A model generated the notes under the pieces. The model saw only the letters and a list, made by a program, of their open reading frames with translations. It was not told the origin of the DNA and searched no databases. From contig JAWABM010000003.1 in the NCBI GenBank assembly GCA_038999215.1, positions 1 through 46,169 on the forward strand: a DNA stretch of 46,169 nt, in the 5' to 3' direction. Of the stretch, positions 35,851 through 42,963 are shown piece by piece. A program made the position numbers and the translations under genes. Origin of the DNA: Candidatus Aenigmatarchaeota archaeon. GTDB taxonomy: Archaea > Aenigmatarchaeota > Aenigmatarchaeia > Aenigmatarchaeales > JACQIB01. Every line of letters begins with the position of its first letter. Position 1 is the stretch's first letter.

Positions 35851-36278
35851 CACTTGGCACCCGCCGCCTTCTTGCCCTTCCCTTTGAGAAGTTCGCTCAG
35901 AGGGACGTTATTGACCTTGATGACCTTCCATCTGACGCCCCACATGCTGCCTATCGGCCCGCCCTGGGAGCCGCCCAAGCCTTCGACCATTACCTCGTCG
36001 TGCTCCTTTATCTGGTCTATCGCGCCCGTCTTCGGGCAGAAAGCCGTTATCTCCTTGCCGTTCTTGAGCAGCTGGACGCGGACCGCCTTTATGATGCCGG
36101 AGTGGGGCTGCTTCTGCTCTATGCCCTTTTTCGCTATGACTATGCCCTTTGCCTGCGGCGCACCGGCAAGCGGGTCTTTCTTCTCTTTGAGCTTTAGCGT
36201 CCTGACCTTGTATTTGGTCTTCATCCATCTCTTCCTGTGCCTGCTCTTCTTCATCGTCCTTGCTCCGAATTCTCCCAC
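35850..36278 (-). CDS. rps12: 30S ribosomal protein uS12 (GTG start)
   Basis: [28 protein letters not shown]; AGGTGA RBS. Confidence 0.97.
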   Translation of the reverse strand: MGEFGARTMKKSRHRKRWMKTKYKVRTLKLKEKKDPLAGAPQAKGIVIAKKGIEQKQPHSGIIKAVRVQLLKNGKEITAFCPKTGAIDQIKEHDEVMVEGLGGSQGGPIGSMWGVRWKVIKVNNVPLSELLKGKGKKAAGAK

Positions 36279-36311
36279 CGTTTCACCTTTGTTAGTTTTG
36301 ACGCCCCAAGG

Positions 36312-36319
36312 TATTTAAA
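36312..36319 (-). promoter_or_regulatory. TATA box of the rps12 operon
   Basis: TTTAAATA on the minus strand ~34 nt upstream of the start. Confidence 0.6.
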
Positions 36320-36371
36320 CCTTGTTTATTGCCGCCTTCTTTGGCGCAGCTTTCTTTCTAAGAAAGGTGCA

Positions 36372-36486
36372 TGGTAGCCCCGGGAGGATTCGAACCTCCG
36401 TCCCGAGGTTTCTTCGTCATCTCCGAAGATCTGCGCTTTGGAAACGCTCCAAAGCCTCGTATCCTTGGCCGCTGGACGACGGGGCT
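36372..36486 (-). tRNA. tRNA-Gln(UUG) with 39-nt intron at 37/38 (36410-36448), CCA encoded
   Basis: AGCCCCG acceptor (A1-U72), CGAGG-CU-UUG-G|A-CCUCG, T-loop UUCGAAU. Confidence 0.93.
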
Positions 36487-36552
36487 GTTTCCTACTGTTA
36501 TTTCCCGCGCAGGGTTTAAATTATTTATATTGAGGATGGGCATAGTGGTCTT

Positions 36553-37947
36553 ATGGCAGAGGCCAAGAAGGAGTTCAAGATATTGGGCACCGACGGGAAG
36601 GTCTACGACCTCGATGAGTACAGATATAAGAAAGGCGAGGAGGACTTCAGGGTCATGGTGGAGAAAGAGGCTCTCGGCAAGGAGAATCCGGGAGGCGGCG
36701 AGCCTGAATATATCAAGCACTGCAGGCGCTTCGGCATAGATTGGGAGGACATGTCAGACTCTGGTCATATGCATTACGGCCCTGCCGGCGCCTTCATTTT
36801 CGACCTGATTGCGGCGTATTCGAAGGCTGTTGTAGAGAAGCTCGGAATCCCTGTTTACGAGGTCAAGGGAACGCCGCTTTTTAGGCTGGGTGAGAAGGCG
36901 ATCGCCGAGCACGCCAAGCTTTTCGGCGACAGGCTCTACCAGTTCGAGCTGGAGGACCGCGAGTTCGTCCTGCGCTATGCTGCCTGCTTCCAGCAGTTCT
37001 CGATAATGAAGAATTGGATAATCTCCTACAGGAACCTGCCTTACGGGGCCTTCGAGGTCGCGGATTCCTGGAGGCTCGAGCAGTCCGGAGAATTGCTGTT
37101 GTGCTTCAGGACAAGGAGGTTTTACATGCCTGACTGCCACGTGTTCTGCCGCGACATCGAACAGGCAAAGGAATGGACCCTGAAAGTGCACGACAGGATA
37201 TATTGCGAGAATGAGAAGCTCGGCCGAAACTACGTGTCGCTCTACAACATGACATCCAAGGAGTTCTTCGAGAAGGAGAGGGCTTTCCTTATGAAGATGG
37301 TGGAGCGCGAAAAGAAGCCTGTGCTGCTCTGCTTCTACCCGCCTGGAAAGAAGTATTACTGGCTCCTGAACGTGGAGTACATGATAATCGACAGGATGAA
37401 AAGGCCCAGGGAGATCGGGACCGTGCAGATAGACGTCGGCAACGCGGAGCGCTTCGGCATAATGTACACGGACGCCGACAACAGCAGAAAGTACCCTGTG
37501 ATACTCCATACCGCCATGATAGGCTCGATTGAGAGGTATCTTTTCAACCTGTTCGACACCGCCTTGCTCCGGAAGAACCCTATGCTGCCGATGTGGCTTT
37601 CGCCTGCGCAGGTAAGGCTCTGTCCCGTCAATGACTCTATGATTTCTTACTGCGAGGAAATAGCCGGGAAGATGCATGGGGTGCGAGTTGACATCGATGA
37701 CAGGAACGAGAAGGTGCAGAAGAAGGTGCGCGACGCGGAGCAGGACTGGGTGCCGCTGATAGTAGTTGTCGGGGAAAAGGAAAAGGAGAGCGGGCTGCTC
37801 GCAGTCCGTTTCCGCGAGAGCGGCGCGGTTGAGAGCATGAGGCCAGAGGACGTCGTGAAATACGTGAAGGAGAAGACCGCAGGCTACCCGTTCAGGGAGC
37901 TGCCGTTCCCTGTCCTGCTGACAAAGAGGCCTATTTTCCACGGCTGA
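36553..37947 (+). CDS. thrS: Threonyl-tRNA synthetase (archaeal type, no N-terminal editing domain)
   Basis: SDSGHM, LRYAACF, RLEQSGEL, RRFYMPDCH, GSIER, LPMWLSPAQVR. Confidence 0.95.
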   Translation: MAEAKKEFKILGTDGKVYDLDEYRYKKGEEDFRVMVEKEALGKENPGGGEPEYIKHCRRFGIDWEDMSDSGHMHYGPAGAFIFDLIAAYSKAVVEKLGIPVYEVKGTPLFRLGEKAIAEHAKLFGDRLYQFELEDREFVLRYAACFQQFSIMKNWIISYRNLPYGAFEVADSWRLEQSGELLLCFRTRRFYMPDCHVFCRDIEQAKEWTLKVHDRIYCENEKLGRNYVSLYNMTSKEFFEKERAFLMKMVEREKKPVLLCFYPPGKKYYWLLNVEYMIIDRMKRPREIGTVQIDVGNAERFGIMYTDADNSRKYPVILHTAMIGSIERYLFNLFDTALLRKNPMLPMWLSPAQVRLCPVNDSMISYCEEIAGKMHGVRVDIDDRNEKVQKKVRDAEQDWVPLIVVVGEKEKESGLLAVRFRESGAVESMRPEDVVKYVKEKTAGYPFRELPFPVLLTKRPIFHG

Positions 37948-38536
37948 ACTTTCTGTACAGCAGGTATGCCGCTGCCATGATTATCGCCGCTATCACGGCG
38001 ATGTCGATTTCTCCGAAAAATCCTAGTATGTCCTCCCAGTACGGGCCGAGGTAGAACCCTATGTACGTCACCGCCGTTGTGAAGGGAAGCGAGCCCATCA
38101 GTGTATAGAGCGTGAACTTCTTCACATTCATCTTCGCCAAGCCGGCGGGGAACGCGATGAACGTCCTCACAATCGGCACAAGCCTTCCGATGAATATCGC
38201 CTTTGCGCCCCAGCGCTCGAACCAGGCCTCGGCCGTGCGCAGGTGTCCGTTGTCAAGCAGCGCGTACCTGCCGTACTTCTCTATCAGCGGCCTTCCCCCC
38301 TTCGCTCCTGCGTAGTACGCGGCCAGCGAGCCGAGCACTTGCCCGAGCGTTGCCACGATTATCACTGCCGCCATATCGAAGGTGCCCTGGTATGTAATAT
38401 ATCCTGCGAAAGGGAGAACCACCTCGCTGGGTATCGGCAGGCAGGCTGATTCGCCTGCCATCAGGAAGAATATTCCAGGATAGCCCAACGCCGTGATTAC
38501 GGATATTATCCAGTCCGACAGCAGCTCGGCTATCAT
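37931..38536 (-). CDS. DedA family membrane protein
   Basis: GYPGIFFLMAGESACLPIPSEVVLPFAG, GRLVPIVRTFIAFPAG. Confidence 0.95.
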   Translation of the reverse strand: MIAELLSDWIISVITALGYPGIFFLMAGESACLPIPSEVVLPFAGYITYQGTFDMAAVIIVATLGQVLGSLAAYYAGAKGGRPLIEKYGRYALLDNGHLRTAEAWFERWGAKAIFIGRLVPIVRTFIAFPAGLAKMNVKKFTLYTLMGSLPFTTAVTYIGFYLGPYWEDILGFFGEIDIAVIAAIIMAAAYLLYRKFSRGK

Positions 38537-38576
38537 GGATATAATGTAAAGAAAAAGAAGTTAAAAAAGGCCACCT

Positions 38577-39374
38577 TTATGCCGAAAGGTTCTTCCACAT
38601 GTGCTCGAACATGGGTCCGATCACGTCGGATCCGACATGCTCACCCTGCGTCCAGAGCGCAAGGTCCTGCGACGGGTCCACTTCCTTGTCGTCCGTCAGG
38701 GCCATCACGACGTGCTGGTCGTCCACTATCGCGAACCTTCCTGCGGCGCTGTCAATCTTCCTCACTTCCGCGAATTTCTTCAACCCCATCACTATGGAGT
38801 CATCGCTCTTGTGGTGCGTTGCTATCCTTATCTTCACTCCCCTCGCCGCAGCCTTCTTCAGGAGCTCGCCGTGCTTCTCGTGCAGCTCCCTCAAACCGTC
38901 CGGAGTGGTCATTATCGCAACCTTCTTCTTCGCCCCTTTGAGCATGGACCCTATCTGGTCGTGGAACGCGTCCCTTCCTTTCAGCGAGCCTGTCATCTCT
39001 CCAGGCTCGATCAGCGTCACGCCCTTCTTGTGTATGGACTCCAGTTCCTTGAGGGTCGGGGACTTCTCTATCTGCTCTATTCTCGAGATTGCAACATCCG
39101 TTTTTTCCTTGAGCCTTTTCTTCCCCCTCTCAAGGGCCTCCTTGGGCGGGATGGCTACATACTTCAAGGGTTTTGTGTTCTGAATCATGACGAATCCTTT
39201 GTCAGCAAGGCTCTCCAGAACGTCGTAAGTCCTGCTGTGGGGCACTTTTGCCAGGCTCGAAAGAGTTCCGGCTGTCGCAGTCCCTCTCGACAACAGGGCC
39301 ACCCATAGCTTCCTTTCGTACAGGTTGAGCCCTATCTGCTTCAGCGAATCAAGCATGTTTTGTGTCGCTACCAT
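38577..39374 (-). CDS. TrmB-family (TrmBL2-like) regulator/chromatin protein
   Basis: IGLNLYERKLWVALL, VPHSRTYDVLESLADKGFV, PLD-like C-terminal domain. Confidence 0.92.
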   Translation of the reverse strand: MVATQNMLDSLKQIGLNLYERKLWVALLSRGTATAGTLSSLAKVPHSRTYDVLESLADKGFVMIQNTKPLKYVAIPPKEALERGKKRLKEKTDVAISRIEQIEKSPTLKELESIHKKGVTLIEPGEMTGSLKGRDAFHDQIGSMLKGAKKKVAIMTTPDGLRELHEKHGELLKKAAARGVKIRIATHHKSDDSIVMGLKKFAEVRKIDSAAGRFAIVDDQHVVMALTDDKEVDPSQDLALWTQGEHVGSDVIGPMFEHMWKNLSA

Positions 39375-39506
39375 TTCGAATCACCCACCCTTTTGTTGCT
39401 CCTTAATGGTCAATTCCTGTATTTAAACTTTTTTGCTGCCCCAACTTGCTGATAGTAAATAGACCTAAAAGGTATATAAAGCTTTCACTACTCAGATGTG
39501 AACAAT

Positions 39507-40352
39507 TTAATGAAGGATTACCCGCTCAAACGGGTTAATCATTTTGCTTTCCCAGCCTATCAGCGGATAGAGCACGAGCATTTTTCCCTTCTTCAGGCGC
39601 TCTTCCGTGCTTTTGGGCAGCTCCTTGCCTGAGACAACGGCGAACACGCCCTCTTTTTCGGCTATTTCCGCTATGTCGCCAGTCTTTTTATAGCTCTTCA
39701 TCTCCCTTCCTATGTGCCACGGCTTTAGCTTCGATGCGTTCCCTACCACGACAAGCTCCGCGCCTCTCCTCATCATGAGCCAGGCCGCGACAGCGTCCCT
39801 CCTGCCGCCCACCACTGCCAGCATCCTGCCGGCCGTGCCTAGCGGCAGCCCGCCGGCCAACTCCGTCTTGTCCGTGAAAACGTAAGTCTTCGTCGACCTG
39901 CACTCGATGAAGATTTCCCTGTCAGGCTTCGTGAGGTCCACTTTAGCGCCGGTTGCCCTGGCAACCGAAGCGCCCGCTGCCTCTGCTATCGCCCGCGAGC
40001 TGAAGTGGTGCCTTCCTGCGCGCCTGGCCCTTATCGCGAAGCTCTCGCCCTTCTTTATTTTTATGAGGGCGACCTCCGCGGCCAGCCTTCCTATCTCGTC
40101 CAGATCCGAGCGGCAGACCCAGCAGGGCGATACTGACGTCAGCCCGAACACCTTGGACAACCTGCTCTGGGCCGCGACCAGTCTTTTAGTGTGCACGAAA
40201 AACCTGCTAGGATTGGCATTCAGCTCGTAATCGATGCCATTCAGCGCGACCCTGATGTTTTCGGCCAATATCCTGTCCCACTTCCTCTGCACTTGCTCGC
40301 TCTTCAGCGACGCCTCGCCGACCCTGAGCAGCAGGCATTCGGGCTTTCTCAT
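39507..40352 (-). CDS. ThiI-like THUMP protein with degenerate PP-loop
   Basis: GEASLKS, THUMP (FAIRARR, VDLTKPD), GGLPLGTAG; SGGxDS replaced by GGRRDA; short C-terminal domain. Confidence 0.8.
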   Translation of the reverse strand: MRKPECLLLRVGEASLKSEQVQRKWDRILAENIRVALNGIDYELNANPSRFFVHTKRLVAAQSRLSKVFGLTSVSPCWVCRSDLDEIGRLAAEVALIKIKKGESFAIRARRAGRHHFSSRAIAEAAGASVARATGAKVDLTKPDREIFIECRSTKTYVFTDKTELAGGLPLGTAGRMLAVVGGRRDAVAAWLMMRRGAELVVVGNASKLKPWHIGREMKSYKKTGDIAEIAEKEGVFAVVSGKELPKSTEERLKKGKMLVLYPLIGWESKMINPFERVILH

Positions 40353-40362
40353 GAAGAAACAA

Positions 40363-40902
40363 TTATCGCTTTGCCTTTAAAATCTTCTCTATGCCCGCTA
40401 TGGTCTCGAGCATGTACCGTTGGAACGGTATGAACCTCTCCGGCTTCTCCTTCAGAAAGCTCTTGACATCCGCTATGGGATAGAATCCTGTTCCCCATAC
40501 CTCGCCGTCCTGCATCCTCGGCTCCGCCGCCTTTTTCTTTGCGGTCAGGAAGATGCAGGCTATTTCGTTTATTCTCACTCCCTTGCTCTTGTAGCTGATT
40601 TTCTTCTCGCCGAGCGGCGTGATGTCCTTCTTTGTTATCCTTATCCCGAGTTCCTCGCGCATCTCCCTTGCGGCCGCCGCTTCGCAGCTTTCCCCGCTGC
40701 GAACGTGCCCGTTGCACGAGAAGTCCAGCAGGTTCGGGAAAATGTCCTTCGTTGCCGCTCTTCTCTGCAGGAGCAGCTTACCGTCCGAAACCAGCCAGAT
40801 ATGAACCACTTTGTGCCAATCCCCGTCCCTGTGCACCTGCTCCCTGCCCTTCGTGATGCCAAGAAGCTTCCCGTTCTTGTCCGTGACATCCAGAAGTTCC
40901 AT
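40363..40902 (-). CDS. NUDIX hydrolase (IDI-1/YfcD-like)
   Basis: VHRDGDWHKVVHIW, LLLQRR, GHVRSGE...AAAREMREELG. Confidence 0.92.
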   Translation of the reverse strand: MELLDVTDKNGKLLGITKGREQVHRDGDWHKVVHIWLVSDGKLLLQRRAATKDIFPNLLDFSCNGHVRSGESCEAAAAREMREELGIRITKKDITPLGEKKISYKSKGVRINEIACIFLTAKKKAAEPRMQDGEVWGTGFYPIADVKSFLKEKPERFIPFQRYMLETIAGIEKILKAKR

Positions 40903-40906
40903 AATA

Positions 40907-42337
40907 TCACGCCTTCTTCAGCCTCGGCCCAGCAGGAGAGTCTTCTATCAGCCAGCCCTTCTTCTTTATTTCGTTCCTTATCTCGTCCGCCGTCTTCCAG
41001 TCCTTCTTCAGCCTTGCCTCCTCACGTTTCTGGGCTAGCATAACGATTTCCACAGGCACGCTCTTCTTCTTTCCGAGCTCAAGGCCGAGTACCTTGTCGA
41101 AGTCAAGCATCGCCGCATAGACGGACTCGGCCCCTTTCTTGCTCAGCTTCCTGTCCTCGATGAGCTTGTTCGTCCTGTTTATCATTTCCTGCATCGCCGC
41201 CAGCGCCTGAGGCATGTCGAGATCGTCGCTTATCCTCTCTTTGAAACTCTCTTTCGCCTTGATAACAATGTCCTTCGCTTCCCTGCCGCCGCCCGCGGCC
41301 TCTATAGCTGTTAGCTTGTCCATGAAGTCATAAAGCCTCTTTAGCGCCGTCTCGGCTGCCCTGAGCGCATCAAAGGAGAATGCGAGCTCTGACCTGTAAT
41401 GCGATGTGAGCGTGAAGTATCTGAAGGCCAGAGGGTCGATTCCTTTGTCAATGAGGGTTTGAACCGTGATTATGTTTCCTTCGGACTTCGCCATCTTCTC
41501 CGTTTCGCCCATCACGAGGAAGGCGCCATGCATCCAGTAATTGACGAATCTTTTTCCTGTGGCGCCTTCCGACTGCGCTATTTCGTTTGTATGGTGCACC
41601 TGTATGTGGTCTATGCCGCCGCAATGTATGTCGAATGTTTCGCCGAGGTATTTCATCGACATTGCTGAGCACTCTATGTGCCAGCCGGGAAAACCTCTCC
41701 CCCAGGGCGAATCCCACTGCATTATCTGCTTTGGCTGGTTCATTATCCATAGCGCGAAGTCGGACGGGTTCCTTCTCTCGGGGTCCGGCTCCAGCCTTGC
41801 CCCCCTCTTCAGCTGCTCGAGCGAGAGCTTCCCCAGCATGGCATAATCCTTGAACTTCGAGACGTCGTATATCATACCTACCTTCGTCCTGTAGACAAAG
41901 CCGTTCTTTTCCAGCCTTTTTATCAGCTCTATCATCTCAGGTATGTGCTGTGTCGCCTTGCACACTATGTCCGGCCTTATGATATTCAGAAGCTCGGCGT
42001 CCCTTTCAAATGCTTTTTCGTACACGGCGGCTATTTCCAGGACTGCCTCCGGCGTCAGCGGTTTTCCTTCCCTGCGCAGGGCCTTTATCATCTTGTCCTC
42101 GCCTTCCTCCGCATCGCTCGTGAGGTGGCCGACATCGGTGTAGTTCATGACGTGCTTCACATTGTAACCGTTGTACAGCAGCACGCGCTTCAATATGTCC
42201 TCAAAGATGTATGTTCTCATGTTGCCCAGGTGCGCAAACCAGTAAACGGTGGGTCCGCAGCAGTACATTCCAGCATGGCCCTTCTTGATGGGCTTGAATT
42301 CCTCCTTCTTCCTTGTCAGCGTATTGTACAGCTTCAT
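40907..42337 (-). CDS. cysS: Cysteinyl-tRNA synthetase
   Basis: CGPTVY, HLGN, GFPGWHIECSAM, DIHCGGIDH, KMAKS. Confidence 0.98.
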   Translation of the reverse strand: MKLYNTLTRKKEEFKPIKKGHAGMYCCGPTVYWFAHLGNMRTYIFEDILKRVLLYNGYNVKHVMNYTDVGHLTSDAEEGEDKMIKALRREGKPLTPEAVLEIAAVYEKAFERDAELLNIIRPDIVCKATQHIPEMIELIKRLEKNGFVYRTKVGMIYDVSKFKDYAMLGKLSLEQLKRGARLEPDPERRNPSDFALWIMNQPKQIMQWDSPWGRGFPGWHIECSAMSMKYLGETFDIHCGGIDHIQVHHTNEIAQSEGATGKRFVNYWMHGAFLVMGETEKMAKSEGNIITVQTLIDKGIDPLAFRYFTLTSHYRSELAFSFDALRAAETALKRLYDFMDKLTAIEAAGGGREAKDIVIKAKESFKERISDDLDMPQALAAMQEMINRTNKLIEDRKLSKKGAESVYAAMLDFDKVLGLELGKKKSVPVEIVMLAQKREEARLKKDWKTADEIRNEIKKKGWLIEDSPAGPRLKKA

Positions 42338-42367
42338 GCCATCGTCCCTTTCTTGATTAAGCTTGTT

Positions 42368-42479
42368 TGGAGCGGGGCCCCGGAGTTGAACCGGGCTGTC
42401 TCGCTTTCCGCTTTTCGATGAAGCCTTTTTCTAAGAGGCTTCTCTGCAGGCGAGCGCATGGCCGCTCTGCCAACCCCGC
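42368..42479 (-). tRNA. tRNA-Cys(GCA) with 38-nt intron at 37/38 (42406-42443), CCA encoded
   Basis: CUCGC-CU-GCA-G|A-GCGAG, U73 discriminator, T-loop UUCAACU. Confidence 0.92.
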
Positions 42480-42582
42480 GAGCTTCTAATTAATTCTGAG
42501 CCAAGTTCATAAATAAACCTATGTGGGAGACGGAGGAAGCTTTTTATACATAACAGCGTTATAAATATTAGGGGGTTTTCAA

Positions 42583-42963
42583 GTGAAGCCTGTCTGCGAA
42601 GTTGTGGTGCAGGACGTTCTTCCGGCCATACGCGCTCTCGTGGCAAAGGAGCTCATGGAGAAGTACAAGCTCACCCAGACCGATGTCGCCGAGCGCCTGG
42701 GCGTCACGCAGGCCGCGGTCTCGCAGTACACGCGCCACTTGCGAGGCTACAAGATCAAGGCCATGGTCAAGGACAGCGGCGTGATGAAGGAGGTTGAGAA
42801 CCTTGCAAAGGCCGTAGCCAAGGAGAACATCGGAGCAGTGGCTGCCATGCAGGAGGTCTGCGCTATCTGCAGGCTCATAAGGAACAAGAAGCTTCTTTGC
42901 GCCATGCACAAGAGCTGCGCCCCTCAGCTCGAAAAATGCGCGATATGCGCTGAAAAGTGCTAG
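42583..42963 (+). CDS. Archaeal HTH transcriptional regulator with Cys/His motif (ThiR N-terminal-like)
   Basis: KPVCE...LPAIRALVAKEL, LTQTDVAERLGVTQAAVSQY, CxxC...CxxH...CxxC. Confidence 0.88.
   Translation: MKPVCEVVVQDVLPAIRALVAKELMEKYKLTQTDVAERLGVTQAAVSQYTRHLRGYKIKAMVKDSGVMKEVENLAKAVAKENIGAVAAMQEVCAICRLIRNKKLLCAMHKSCAPQLEKCAICAEKC

Noticed and set aside
42406-42443. Guide RNA in the tRNA-Cys intron
   Set aside because: Only a simple GAAGCCU/AGGCUUC hairpin; no extended anti-anticodon segment or C/D-type K-turn
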